Part shown: positions 51,941-62,401 of the stretch, piece by piece
Numbering within the stretch: the first letter of the stretch is position 1
Layout: every line of letters begins with the position of its first letter
Assembly (NCBI GenBank): GCA_905236305.1
Contig: CAJOPB010000108.1
Coordinates: forward strand, 9,968 to 73,967
DNA: 64,000 nt
Direction of reading: 5' to 3'
Origin: an uncultured Oscillospiraceae bacterium
Lineage (GTDB): Bacteria; Bacillota; Clostridia; Oscillospirales; Oscillospiraceae
Made by a program: the position numbers and the translations under genes
The notes under the pieces: model-generated
Told to the model about the DNA's origin: nothing
Database searches by the model: none
The model's input: the letters and a program-made list of their open reading frames with translations, nothing else

Positions 51941-53650
51941 TTAAAAGTCAGCGCCCCAGACGCCGCAGAAGGGATCGACAGGGCTTACGCCACGAAACGC
52001 GGAGCGTCCCAGCAGCTTGTCTATTACCTGGTCCACCACTGCCTCGGTGGGCGTATAAGCGTTAATAAAGGTCCGGATCATCGGCGCATCGGCAAGATGA
52101 TAGGGGTTTGCCAAGGAAACAAACAGTGCAGGGACCTCATTTACAAACCAGGGGGCATCCGCCGCCATCAGGTGTACCCAGTCAATCCGGCGCACTGACT
52201 GATTGCTGGCAGTGTCGAGACAGGCGACATAGATTGCGAGATCAAACTTACTCTGGATGTCCGCCACGCCTCCCTCAAAGATCTCCTGAAAATCGGGATG
52301 GGCGTAATCATAGAGCGTTACTGAAAAGCCCTCCTTCTCCAGTTTTCCCTGGAGCTTGTCGATTGCACTCTCGCCGTCCTTAAAGCCACCGCCCAGCCGG
52401 TCCTGCAGCAGGTACAGCCGGACCCGTTTGTACTTTTCCGGAGAGATGGGGAGCAGACCCTGGGTATCCTTGACCAGTGTGACACTCTCGTCCGCCACCT
52501 GTCTTGCCCAGGAAAGATGCTCAGGGCAGGCAATTATATCGAGCGCCTTCGGCCCGGGAACAAGGGTTCCGTTCTCTTTTGCTTCAGGAAGACCCATTGC
52601 GGCCTTCATTGCCAGAATGCGCGTTACAGCCTCATCCACACGCTCCATGCTCAGACGACCGTCGTCGATGGCATCCCGCATTGCCTGATAGTCCTCCCGG
52701 ATATCCTTGTTGAACAGGATCATGTCGCAGCCGGCATTGATGGAAGCAGGAATCGCCTCCCTTCGGGCCATTGCGGCCCCATAGCCCACCATGGGTGTGG
52801 CGTCCGTTACGATCATGCCATTGAAACCCAGCTCGCCCCGAAGCAGTCCGGTCAGCAGCTCCCTGGAAAGGGAGGCGGGCAAAATGTCCCGGTCTGACAG
52901 CGCGGGGTTAAGCTTTTTGCTCCAGGCGGGCAGCAGAATATGGCCAGTCATGATGCTCAGTGCACCGGCGCTAATGACCTCCCGCCAGATGGCGCCGTAG
53001 CTGGCATCCCAATCCTCGGCGCTGAGGCTGTTGACGGAGCTGACCAGATGCTGATCCCGAAAATCCACACCATCGCCGGGAAAATGCTTGACCGCGGCAG
53101 CAACACCGTATTCCCGAAGGCCCCGGAGCTGTTCCTTGACAAAGCGAATCACGCGTCCTGGGTCAGAGCCAAAGGTGCGGACGTTTTCAATCGGGTTGCG
53201 CCAGTTTAAATCGAGATCACAGATGGGCGAAAATGCCCAGTTACAGCCCACGGCCGCGGCCTCTCTGCCGGAAATTGCTCCGAGGCGGTAGGCATTTTCC
53301 GGGTTATCCGAGGCAGCGACACTCATGGGACGGGCAAAATAGGTTCCGTCTGCGGCGATGCCGTTGCCGCCGGATTCCAGATTCGCGGCAAAAAGCATGG
53401 GAATTTTGGATTGCTCCTGCAGATATGCGTGGGTCTTCTGTACCTGCGCCGCGGGCATGGGGCGGTAGAGCATGGCGCCCGGGTGAAATTCATGGACGAA
53501 ATCCTCCAAAAACGCCTCCTCTGTGTTCATGCCGATGGGGCAGAACATCTGACCGATCTTTTCCTCCGTGGATAGTTCTTTCAGGGTACGCTCCACCCAC
53601 TGGACCTGGCTGTCTGTCAGAAAAAAAGGGTTTGCTCTCAAATTGACCAT
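51941..53650 (-). CDS. Glycoside hydrolase family 3 (beta-N-acetylhexosaminidase/beta-glucosidase-like)
   Basis: Blocks seen: EEKIGQMF, KHFPGDGVDFRDQH, and GFNGMIVTDA containing the nucleophile Asp. Confidence 0.85.
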   Translation of the reverse strand: MVNLRANPFFLTDSQVQWVERTLKELSTEEKIGQMFCPIGMNTEEAFLEDFVHEFHPGAMLYRPMPAAQVQKTHAYLQEQSKIPMLFAANLESGGNGIAADGTYFARPMSVAASDNPENAYRLGAISGREAAAVGCNWAFSPICDLDLNWRNPIENVRTFGSDPGRVIRFVKEQLRGLREYGVAAAVKHFPGDGVDFRDQHLVSSVNSLSAEDWDASYGAIWREVISAGALSIMTGHILLPAWSKKLNPALSDRDILPASLSRELLTGLLRGELGFNGMIVTDATPMVGYGAAMARREAIPASINAGCDMILFNKDIREDYQAMRDAIDDGRLSMERVDEAVTRILAMKAAMGLPEAKENGTLVPGPKALDIIACPEHLSWARQVADESVTLVKDTQGLLPISPEKYKRVRLYLLQDRLGGGFKDGESAIDKLQGKLEKEGFSVTLYDYAHPDFQEIFEGGVADIQSKFDLAIYVACLDTASNQSVRRIDWVHLMAADAPWFVNEVPALFVSLANPYHLADAPMIRTFINAYTPTEAVVDQVIDKLLGRSAFRGVSPVDPFCGVWGADF

Positions 53651-53679
53651 AGTTCATTCCTCCGTGTATGATTTTGGAA

Positions 53680-53709
53680 CATGGCGTGCCGCACAGGCGG
53701 CACGCCATG
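53680..53709 (-). other. Perfect 13-bp intercistronic hairpin between the GPH symporter and GH3 genes
   Basis: CATGGCGTGCCGC-acag-GCGGCACGCCATG. No U-tract, so it is a possible processing or stability element or a partial terminator. Confidence 0.5.
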
Positions 53710-53755
53710 CTCCGTCCGTCTTAACTTGTCGAAGGATTGATTGCGTGAAGCGAAA

Positions 53756-55117
53756 TCAATCCTTTACTACTGCCTGCATTTTTTCCTTCATCGCGTTGAT
53801 TTCGGCGCGGTGGGGTTCAATGGGATTGAAAATCAGGCAGACGATGAGAATCACGCAGGTGATGGCGGGAATTCCAAAGCGCAGGGAGTTGATGGCGAAC
53901 ATGGCGCTGTCAGGCTGGCCGCCGATGGCGTTGGGAATGTAGCTGGCGGCGGCGAGAACGGCCAGGATGCCGGAGGAGGTCAGCGTGGAACCGCACTTGT
54001 AGGCAAAGCCCTTGATGGCGGAAACCATACCGTTGAGGGCAACGTCCTCCTTGAGCTGGATGTAGTCGATGGTGTCATTGACGAAGAAGTTGATGAGGCC
54101 CTGCTCCATGGCGCTGAAAGCAGTGGCAATGAAGGACACGACATACAGCACGGGCATAGACTTGTTGCCGCCGAAGAACAGTATGACATAGCACACCAGC
54201 GTAACAGCCTGGGAGACGATAAAGGCTTTGGTAGGGGTCTTGAAGAAGCGAAGCAGCAGGGGCATGACCACCATCATGGACACCAGCGCGCCGATGGAGA
54301 GGATACCCATGTAGATTCCAATCAGATCCGGGCGCATGATGTAGTACATCATATAGTAAACCGAGGAGGAGAACATGATTCCGTAGCCTACGGAGGCAAA
54401 CATCCAGATGATCAGCATGATGATGAGCTTTTTGTGCTTGACAAAGATCTTCAGATCCGCGCCAATGCTGCGCTTTTCCTCGGTGACGGCACGGTAGCGC
54501 TCTTTGGAGGTTTTGAACAGCCAGAGGTTGGCCGCGATGGCAAGAACGCCGTAGATGATCATCAGAGGAGCATAGCTGCCGAGCTTCTCAACCCAGCCGG
54601 AGGTGAAGGTGGAGGCGATGGTGAAGGCGACGGCAATGGAGATGATGCCCAGCTGTACAGCCTGACCGCGATCCTTGTCACTCTTGGTCATTGCGGGGAT
54701 CAGCGCCATTTGGGGCATGGTCAACGCGGTAACGCTCATACCGTAGAGAATGTAGAACACCATGATATAGGCGATCTTCGCGCCGGTGGAGAGGCCGGAA
54801 GGATTCAGGAACAGGAGAAATGACACAACTGTCAGCACAATGGGTACCCAAAGCAGATAGGGCCGGTATGAGCCGTATTTGGTCCTGGTCCGGTCGCAGA
54901 TGCCGCCCATGATGGGGTCGTTGATGGCGTCCCACAGCGTTGCGATGAACAGGATGACGGAGGCCGACGCTGCGGGAATCAGAACCGTGTCCGTCAAAAA
55001 GTTGGAGAAGAAGGTGGCCACGGTAGCCTGAATCAGCATGAAGCCGCCGCCCTGGCTCAGCGCATAGCTGATTGCAGTGCCTTTTTGAAACTCGGAAGCC
55101 TGTGGATTGTTTTCCAT
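53756..55117 (-). CDS. GPH-family (MelB/glycoside-pentoside-hexuronide) cation symporter
   Basis: N-terminal signature LWDAINDPIMGGICDRTRTKYGSYRPYLLW. 12 hydrophobic segments. 453 aa. Confidence 0.85.
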   Translation of the reverse strand: MENNPQASEFQKGTAISYALSQGGGFMLIQATVATFFSNFLTDTVLIPAASASVILFIATLWDAINDPIMGGICDRTRTKYGSYRPYLLWVPIVLTVVSFLLFLNPSGLSTGAKIAYIMVFYILYGMSVTALTMPQMALIPAMTKSDKDRGQAVQLGIISIAVAFTIASTFTSGWVEKLGSYAPLMIIYGVLAIAANLWLFKTSKERYRAVTEEKRSIGADLKIFVKHKKLIIMLIIWMFASVGYGIMFSSSVYYMMYYIMRPDLIGIYMGILSIGALVSMMVVMPLLLRFFKTPTKAFIVSQAVTLVCYVILFFGGNKSMPVLYVVSFIATAFSAMEQGLINFFVNDTIDYIQLKEDVALNGMVSAIKGFAYKCGSTLTSSGILAVLAAASYIPNAIGGQPDSAMFAINSLRFGIPAITCVILIVCLIFNPIEPHRAEINAMKEKMQAVVKD

Positions 55118-55353
55118 AATTTTTCCTCCCTTTCTTTGAGCAATTTACATAAATATATCATAGATTTCAGCAAAAATCTTTTGCAGAATCTGCCATAATA
55201 TTTTGTATTTTCGGACAAAATGACTATGACTACTTTTATTATTGAAAAGATTATGGTAAAATTTGAACAATTATACCCGAAATATTTTGCTCATAGACGA
55301 TAAGAGCTGAATGCAAGCCGGCTGTGCGGCTGTATTCAGCTGCGGAGGAATTC

Positions 55354-56379
55354 ATGAGGGAGTTAAGCGAGATCGAAGCGAGGCTCAAGAGTATATATGC
55401 CATACATCCTGCCGGAGTGGACTACACGCACATATATGCTGACCAGCTTCCGGAGATAGCGGAGCGCGCCGGCGTTTCCGTCAGCACACTGGCTCCGCAT
55501 CCGTTAAATGACGAGCTGTTGGAGGAGGAGTATTTTCAGCGTGGAGACAACGTGGCGGTATTCCGGCATATCCGATACCTTCCCCCTGTGCTGCACAAGC
55601 ACAATTTTTTTGAACTCATCTATGTAAACCGCGGAAAATGCGGAAACTATATTGACGAGAAAATGATTTCCATGGAGCAGGGAGACCTTTGCATCATCTC
55701 TCCAAAGCACATCCACGCGCTCTCCGCTTATTCAGACGATGCGGACATATGGAATATTTTGATCCGCATCAGCACCTTTGAGACGACCTTTTTTGATGTA
55801 ATCTCGGACAAGGATGTGCTCTCGGCGTTTTTTATGCACTGCCTCTACGGCGGACAGGACAAGTCCTGCCTTCTGTTTCACACCGGAGGGGTGGAAAACG
55901 GGCGTCTGCACTATTTGCTGGAAGCACTGATGGAGGAGTACGGAACAAAGAAAAAATATCGGAGCAGGATGCTGGACAGCCTGTTGTCCATGATCTTTGT
56001 CACGCTGCTGCGGGAGCATGAGGAGGATGTGGCATTCCCCATGGGGGAAAAAGAGCGGTCGGGTGACAACCCCATGCAGCTGCTGAGCTATATTCAGCGA
56101 AACTTTGCTTTTCTGACGCTGCAGGACCTGGCCGCGCATTTCGGCTACAGCGTGCGGCACACTGCCCGGATGCTCAAGGACAGCACGGGTCAGAACTTTG
56201 GCGACATTGTGCGGGATCTGCGGCTCCACAAGGCTGCGGAGCTGCTGTCCAATCCGGACCTGGCGATTCCGGACATCATAGAGACGGTGGGCTATTCTGA
56301 TGTGAGCGCGTTTTACCGTGCGTTTAAGACCTATTACGGTATGAATCCCGCCACCTATCGGAGAAAGCACAGAAGCTGA
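55354..56379 (+). CDS. AraC/XylS-family transcriptional regulator (cupin-like N-domain and HTH_18)
   Basis: C-terminal region LAAHFGYSVRHTARMLKDSTGQNFGDIVRDLRLHKAAELLSNPDLAIPDIIETVGYSDVSAFYRAFKTYYGMNP. ATG at 55354 after GCGGAGGAA. Confidence 0.85.
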   Translation: MRELSEIEARLKSIYAIHPAGVDYTHIYADQLPEIAERAGVSVSTLAPHPLNDELLEEEYFQRGDNVAVFRHIRYLPPVLHKHNFFELIYVNRGKCGNYIDEKMISMEQGDLCIISPKHIHALSAYSDDADIWNILIRISTFETTFFDVISDKDVLSAFFMHCLYGGQDKSCLLFHTGGVENGRLHYLLEALMEEYGTKKKYRSRMLDSLLSMIFVTLLREHEEDVAFPMGEKERSGDNPMQLLSYIQRNFAFLTLQDLAAHFGYSVRHTARMLKDSTGQNFGDIVRDLRLHKAAELLSNPDLAIPDIIETVGYSDVSAFYRAFKTYYGMNPATYRRKHRS

Positions 56380-56470
56380 GGCGCTGTTCGTTCCGGTTAT
56401 GAATGCAGCAGGCCATGAATGCGGTGTAATGAATCATCAAAGCCGGAGGATAAAGGAGGAATGGAAAAGC

Positions 56471-58774
56471 ATGGGCATGAATTACAGCAGGATCAGTGAC
56501 TGGATTCTGGGAGAGGACAGCTTTGATCCGGCGCATCTGGGCAAATGCGAGGCTGTCATGAGCCTGGGCAACGGCTATATGGGCCTGCGCTCGGCGACAG
56601 AGGAGCAGTATCTCGGCGAGACAAGGGACCTGCTGGTGGCGGGCAGCTTTAACAAATTTGACCCCGACGAGGTGACGGAACTGCCGAACGCGGCAGACGT
56701 GACCGCAATTACGCTTTGGGTGGACGGAGAGCGTTTTTCCCTGGATCAGGGGACAAGCAGCGGCTACAGCCGGGAGCTGAATATCAGGACGGGCGAGCTG
56801 ACGCGCCGTGTCCGCTGGACAAGTCCGGGCGGAAAGCACATTCTCTTTTCCTCCAGGAGAATTGTTTCTCTGGCGCGGCAGCACGACATAGCAATGACAG
56901 TTTCCGTCACTGCGGAGGAAAATGACGTCGCCCTGAAGATTCGTTCGGGGATTAATGCCCGGATGACCAATACCGGCAGCCAGCATTTTTCCGAGGGAGA
57001 GAAGCGGTTTTACGACAGAAAATATCTGCAGCTGGTGGAGCGGACGACGCAGAGCGGGATTGATTTCGTAATCAATGCGGTCCACCGTTTTTCTGTAAAC
57101 GGGGACGCTGTTGCGCTGCCTGCGGATGTAAATATTGACCGTCGGATAATTTATGCGGACTACACCGTGGCGCTGAAGGCGGGGGAGTGCCTTACGCTGG
57201 AAAAATACGCGAATGTCCATACGACTCGGGATCTGGACTATGCCGGCCCGGACGTCAGGGCACTCCAGGTACAATCCCTTGCGTCGCTCAGGGAATCCGA
57301 GTCCATGGGCTACAGTGCGCTTGCGGCGGAATCGGCGGCGGCATGGGCGGAGCAGGTGTGGGACACGACACCGATCGAAATTGAGGGGGATGAGAGAAGC
57401 GCAAGAGACCTGTTCGCGGTCCGGTTTGCCCAGTACCATATGCGTGTGTTTGTTCCCTCCCATGATAACCGTATGAATATCGGCGCAAAGGGCCTGTCCG
57501 GTGAGGGCTACAAGGGCCATTGCTTTTGGGATACGGAGATATTTTTGCTGCCCTACTACATGTTTTCAGACCCGCCCGCTGCCAGGAAGCTGGAGGAATA
57601 CAGATACCTCTCGCTCCCCGGTGCCCGCCGCAAGGCTGCGGAGAACGGCTATCGCGGCGCGATGTTCCCCTGGGAGAGTGCCTGGCTGGACGACGGCGAG
57701 ACCTGTCCGCTTTACGCAGGGACGGATATTCTCACCGGCTTGCCCATCAAGGTCTGGTCCGGGATCATCGAACAGCACATTTCCGCGGATGTGGCCTTCG
57801 GAGCCTGGCAATACGGTGTGATCTGCGGTGACACGGATTTCATGGAGCGATATGGGTATGAGCTTATCATGGATACGGCCACCTTTTGGGCTTCCCGGCT
57901 GGATAAGGGCACAGATGGCCTTTATCATATCAACGACGTGGTGGGACCGGATGAGTATCACGAGCATGTAAACGACAATGCCTTTACCAATTATATGGCC
58001 CATTGGAATCTCTGCAAGGCCCTGGAATATGCAGATAAGCTGAAAAGAGAATCTCCCGCCCTTTATGAGCGCCTGGACAGCAGGCTGGATATTGAGTCGA
58101 ATTGCCCGAAATGGGCGGAAGGTGCGGAAAAGCTCTACCTGCCCCAGCCGACGGCGGAGCATATCCTGCCTATGGATGACCGCTTTATGCAGGGCGAGTA
58201 TATTGACCTCAGCAAGTATAAGGCCCAGGATTTCGTCGGCGGCATTATGAAGGACTACAATCTGGAGCAGATTCAGAAGCTTCAGGTTTGCAAGCAGGCG
58301 GACTGCCTTGTGCTCTTTTATCTGCAGGAGGATCTGTTCAGCCCGGAGGTCAGGAAGGCGAGCTGGGATTACTATGTGGAGCGGACATTACACGACAGCT
58401 CTCTGTCTCTCTCCACCCACGCGGTCATGGCCTGCGATATGGGTGAGGAGGCAATGGCTTACGAGCTGTTCCGAAAGAGCTGCGAAATTGACCTGGGGCC
58501 TGTCATGACCACCTCTGACTCCGGTATACACGCCGCCTCCTTTGGCGGTATCTGGCAGTGTGTGGTCTTCGGCTTCGGCGGCGTGCGCATGCACGGCGGA
58601 GAATTACGTATCAATCCGCTGCTCCCGAAAAACTGGACCCGGCTCGGCTTTACTTTGATCTGGCAGGGGGAGAAGCTGCATGTGGTGGTGACAGGGGACA
58701 GCGTGACAGTGAAAAATCTGACCGGCGGCAAGCAGGTGACACTGACGGTCAACGGAGAGAAAGTGACGGTATGA
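56471..58774 (+). CDS. Glycoside hydrolase family 65 enzyme (alpha-glucoside phosphorylase type)
   Basis: Blocks seen: SLGNGYMGLRSA, GKGLSGEGYKGHCFWDTE, AMFPWESA, VVGPDEYHEHVNDNAFTNYMA (catalytic Glu region) and TLHDSSLS. Confidence 0.85.
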   Translation: MGMNYSRISDWILGEDSFDPAHLGKCEAVMSLGNGYMGLRSATEEQYLGETRDLLVAGSFNKFDPDEVTELPNAADVTAITLWVDGERFSLDQGTSSGYSRELNIRTGELTRRVRWTSPGGKHILFSSRRIVSLARQHDIAMTVSVTAEENDVALKIRSGINARMTNTGSQHFSEGEKRFYDRKYLQLVERTTQSGIDFVINAVHRFSVNGDAVALPADVNIDRRIIYADYTVALKAGECLTLEKYANVHTTRDLDYAGPDVRALQVQSLASLRESESMGYSALAAESAAAWAEQVWDTTPIEIEGDERSARDLFAVRFAQYHMRVFVPSHDNRMNIGAKGLSGEGYKGHCFWDTEIFLLPYYMFSDPPAARKLEEYRYLSLPGARRKAAENGYRGAMFPWESAWLDDGETCPLYAGTDILTGLPIKVWSGIIEQHISADVAFGAWQYGVICGDTDFMERYGYELIMDTATFWASRLDKGTDGLYHINDVVGPDEYHEHVNDNAFTNYMAHWNLCKALEYADKLKRESPALYERLDSRLDIESNCPKWAEGAEKLYLPQPTAEHILPMDDRFMQGEYIDLSKYKAQDFVGGIMKDYNLEQIQKLQVCKQADCLVLFYLQEDLFSPEVRKASWDYYVERTLHDSSLSLSTHAVMACDMGEEAMAYELFRKSCEIDLGPVMTTSDSGIHAASFGGIWQCVVFGFGGVRMHGGELRINPLLPKNWTRLGFTLIWQGEKLHVVVTGDSVTVKNLTGGKQVTLTVNGEKVTV

Positions 58775-58777
58775 GAA

Positions 58778-60127
58778 ATGCGAATGTATGAGAATCAGCG
58801 GAACCCGATTTTACCTCTGGATGTCCATATTCCCGACAGCGAGGCCCATGTGATGCCGGACGGAAGGCTCTGGGTCTATGGCAGCTATGATACAAGGGAG
58901 GACGTGTATTGTAGCGAGGAATACCACCCTGTCTCTACGCCGGACATGCGGCATTGGACGATCCATGACAAGGCGCTGGACGGAAATGATGTCCCGTGGT
59001 TCAACAACCCGGATGCGCCGCGGTATCCCGGAATTGACTGGAGCCATCCGACACCGTTTATTCTGAAAATGATGGAGCGGGATCGGGAGAACGGCGTCGA
59101 TATGAAAGCGGAGTTTGAAAAAAATGCGGATTTGCCGAAGCCTCCGCTGCTTTTTGCGCCGGATTGCCTGGAACGGAATGGAATGTATTATCTCTATTTC
59201 TGTATGCCGGACGACAGTGAGGGAGTCGCCGTATCGGAGAAGCCGGAGGGACCGTTCCGGATTGTGACGCAGCTGCCGGTCGGCGGAATAGATCCGGCGG
59301 TCTTTATCGACGACGACGGGCAGGCGTATCTTTACTGGGGGCAGCTGTTTTCCCATGGTGTGAAGCTGGGTACGGACATGGTTTCCCTGGATCGGGAGAA
59401 GATTGTGGATGACCTTGTGACAGAGGAGGCACACTTTTTCCATGAAGGCTCCTCCATGCGAAAAATCGGGGATACATACTATTATATTTATGCGGATATG
59501 GAGCGGGGAAAGCCCACCAGCCTTGGTTATTCCACCTCCAAAACGCCCCTTGGGCCTTTTACCTATCGGGGAATTATTATTGATAATGACGACTGTGACC
59601 CGGCCAGCTGGAATAACCATGGTTCAATTGCCTGTCTGAACGGACAGTGGTATGTGTTTTATCACCGCTGCTCCCGCGGTGTACAGCAGCATCGGCGGCT
59701 GTGCATTGAGAAGCTCACAATCATGCCGGACGGTACCATCCCGGAGGTGAAGATGACCTCTCAGGGTGTGGGAGAGCCCTTTGCGCCCGGCGAAGCGATC
59801 TATGGTTATCAGGCCTGCGGTGTGAGCGGGAGTTGCCTGATCGGCACCGGCGGGAGATATGAGGAGCAGCTCATGAACATTGCTCCGGGGGACACAGCAC
59901 TGTTTCGCTATGTCCGCAGTGAAGAAGCTTACAGTGCCGTGGAGGTGGAGGCCTCCGGCAGCGGGACGATGGAAATTCTGTTTAACGGACAGTCCGCCGG
60001 AACCGTTCTGATCCGAAACGGCGTGCAGATCAGCAGGGAGATCAGTGCGCCGGCGGGAGAATATACGCTTACCCTGCGCTTTTCAGAGTCTGACGGCCTG
60101 ACATTGGACAAACTTACTTTGCACTAA
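58778..60127 (+). CDS. Glycoside hydrolase family 43 (beta-xylosidase/alpha-L-arabinofuranosidase-like) with a C-terminal beta-sandwich
   Basis: Blocks seen: NPILPLDVHIPDSEAHVMPDGRLWVYGS, FAPDCLERNGMYYLYF and FFHEGSSMRKIGDTYYYIYA. The exact start is uncertain (58778 or 58784). Confidence 0.75.
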   Translation: MRMYENQRNPILPLDVHIPDSEAHVMPDGRLWVYGSYDTREDVYCSEEYHPVSTPDMRHWTIHDKALDGNDVPWFNNPDAPRYPGIDWSHPTPFILKMMERDRENGVDMKAEFEKNADLPKPPLLFAPDCLERNGMYYLYFCMPDDSEGVAVSEKPEGPFRIVTQLPVGGIDPAVFIDDDGQAYLYWGQLFSHGVKLGTDMVSLDREKIVDDLVTEEAHFFHEGSSMRKIGDTYYYIYADMERGKPTSLGYSTSKTPLGPFTYRGIIIDNDDCDPASWNNHGSIACLNGQWYVFYHRCSRGVQQHRRLCIEKLTIMPDGTIPEVKMTSQGVGEPFAPGEAIYGYQACGVSGSCLIGTGGRYEEQLMNIAPGDTALFRYVRSEEAYSAVEVEASGSGTMEILFNGQSAGTVLIRNGVQISREISAPAGEYTLTLRFSESDGLTLDKLTLH

Positions 60128-60142
60128 AGGAGACAACTGTAA

Positions 60143-62386
60143 ATGGCTCTCTCAAACACCTGGATTACCAACGGCTCCAAAACACCGTTTTACCTTCGAA
60201 AAGTCTTTCAAATTGACGGGAAGGTGTCATCCGCGTCTGCGCATGTCTGCGGGCTGGGACAGTTTAATTTCTATCTGAATGGCTGCCGGATGTCTGACCG
60301 CGTCCTTGATCCGGGTTGGACAGACTACAATAAGGCAGTGCAATATGTAAGCTTTGAGCTGTCGGAATATCTGCGCCAGGGCGAAAACGTTCTGGGAATC
60401 GAAGTGGGAAACGGCTGGTATCACTGGGATATGTCCTTTGGCTACAGCTTCCACTTTCCGCCCTTTATGCCGCCCAACCCAAATCCCTACAAGCCCTTTG
60501 GCGAGTGCCTTGTAGCTGTGCTGGAGCTGAAGATTGTCTATGCGGACGGAACAGAGACGCTGATCTGTACGGACGAAAGCTGGCAGGCAGCACCCCACGG
60601 TGTTCTGCACAGCAATGTATATGGATCGGAGCTGATTGACGGCGGACAGCTGCGGGAGGACTTTTCTCTGCCTGGCTTTGACGCCTCCGCGTGGGAGTTT
60701 GCCCGCTGCACGACGGCGGGGGAGACTCCGGCGGGAGAGCTTGTCCCTGCTGTTCAGCCGCCAATTAAAATTCTGAAAACCTATGAGGCAAAAAAGCTGG
60801 GTGAAGTCAACGGAAGGGCGATCTATGATCTGGGCCAGAACATCTCCGGCCTCCTGCACTGCGAGGTGCGGGGAGATGCCGGGACAAGGGTGGAATTCTA
60901 CCCTGCGGAAAAGCTGACCCCGGAGGGCGATGCGGATCAGATGGCAAAAAACTGGATGCAGATCGACAATGTGATCTCCTACCGCATCGGGAATAGTGGC
61001 ATATGGGAGGAGGTAAAGCAGTATTTTACATACTTCTCGGGACGCTATATTGCCGTGACCGGAAAGGCTGAGGTGCGCGGGCTGCGGGGAGACGCAATTT
61101 CCAGCGCCTGGAAGCGGGCCGGAAGCTTTCGCTGTGACGATGTACGCTATAATCAGATCTACGACATGATTGAAAGGACAGTCGAGGCAAATATGCTCAG
61201 TGTCCACACGGACTGCCCTACCATAGAGCGCTTTGCGTGGCAGGAGCCCAACCATCTGATGGCCCCATCCATCTTCTATATGAAAGACGGGCGCGGGCTG
61301 TGGGAGAAATTTCTGACTGATCTGCGTCTTGCGCAGCACACCGCGGAGGACTGCTTTGCGGACATGGAGGGAAAACCGTTTTATCCCGGCGCAGGACTGG
61401 TACCTTCTCAGGCGCCCTGCTATATTCCGAATGTGCTTCCGGTCCCCGGAATGGGCAGCTTCTATGACATCATCCCCTGGGGCAGCACCTGTATCCTGGG
61501 CACCTACTGGCACTATATGTTTTACGGCGACCTCGAAACGGTAAGAAAGAACTATGATACCGGACTGCGTTATCTGAAGTATCTGAAAACGAAGCTGAAT
61601 TCAGACGGATTTCTCAACCACGGCCTGGGCGACTGGGGCAACCCGGAGAACTGCCTTGCCCGGGAGAATGTTGAAACTGCCTTTCTTTACGCTGATGCGG
61701 TCACGCTGCGGCAGTTTGCCCTTTGGATCGGAAATGACAGGGACGCAGAGGAGCTGCGGAGCTTTGCGGAGGAGATCAGACAAAATTATAATGACAAGCT
61801 CCTGGTCTATAATGAGGCGCTGCATGGCTGGTGCTACCGCGTCTGGGACCACCCTGACGAGCTGGTCCTTACCCAGGCGGCGGAGGCGCTGCCGCTGTAT
61901 TGGGGTATGGTGCCTCCCGAGCGGGAGGAAGAAGTGGTCCGGGCATTCCGGGCGGCACTGGAAGAAAAGGGCGCCTTTGTTTCCGGGGAGGTGGGCCTGC
62001 CCTACGTTATCCAGACTGCGCGGAAATATGGGATGAATGACCTGATCTGCCGCTATATCACGCGGGAGACGCATCCGTCCTATTACGCCTTTGTACTGGA
62101 CGGAGAGACCACGCTGGGAGAATACTGGGAGAACAATCCCCGCAGTCACTGCCATGACATGATGGGACATATTATCGAGTGGTATTTTAATGGACTTGCA
62201 GGCATCCAGCCCCTGGAGCCGGGCTTTCGCCGGATAAAGGTGACCCCCTATCTTCCGGAGAGCATGAACTGGTTTGACTGCACATATGAGACGCCATACG
62301 GTACAATTCATGTCAAAGCGGAGCGGAATGCAGAGGGTAATGCGGAATTTCATTGGGAGACCCCGGCCGGGATTGTGGTGGGATAA
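60143..62386 (+). CDS. GH78-related alpha-L-rhamnosidase family protein (divergent)
   Basis: Rhamnosidase N-domain pattern: AHVCGLGQFNFYLNGCRMSDRVLDPGWTDYNKAVQYVSFELSEYLRQGENVLGIEVGNGWY. The six-hairpin region contains HTDCPTIERFAWQEPNH, a divergent form of the DCPQRxERLGWTGD block. AAGGAG SD. Confidence 0.7.
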   Translation: MALSNTWITNGSKTPFYLRKVFQIDGKVSSASAHVCGLGQFNFYLNGCRMSDRVLDPGWTDYNKAVQYVSFELSEYLRQGENVLGIEVGNGWYHWDMSFGYSFHFPPFMPPNPNPYKPFGECLVAVLELKIVYADGTETLICTDESWQAAPHGVLHSNVYGSELIDGGQLREDFSLPGFDASAWEFARCTTAGETPAGELVPAVQPPIKILKTYEAKKLGEVNGRAIYDLGQNISGLLHCEVRGDAGTRVEFYPAEKLTPEGDADQMAKNWMQIDNVISYRIGNSGIWEEVKQYFTYFSGRYIAVTGKAEVRGLRGDAISSAWKRAGSFRCDDVRYNQIYDMIERTVEANMLSVHTDCPTIERFAWQEPNHLMAPSIFYMKDGRGLWEKFLTDLRLAQHTAEDCFADMEGKPFYPGAGLVPSQAPCYIPNVLPVPGMGSFYDIIPWGSTCILGTYWHYMFYGDLETVRKNYDTGLRYLKYLKTKLNSDGFLNHGLGDWGNPENCLARENVETAFLYADAVTLRQFALWIGNDRDAEELRSFAEEIRQNYNDKLLVYNEALHGWCYRVWDHPDELVLTQAAEALPLYWGMVPPEREEEVVRAFRAALEEKGAFVSGEVGLPYVIQTARKYGMNDLICRYITRETHPSYYAFVLDGETTLGEYWENNPRSHCHDMMGHIIEWYFNGLAGIQPLEPGFRRIKVTPYLPESMNWFDCTYETPYGTIHVKAERNAEGNAEFHWETPAGIVVG

Positions 62387-62401
62387 AGGGAGGAATCGAG
62401 A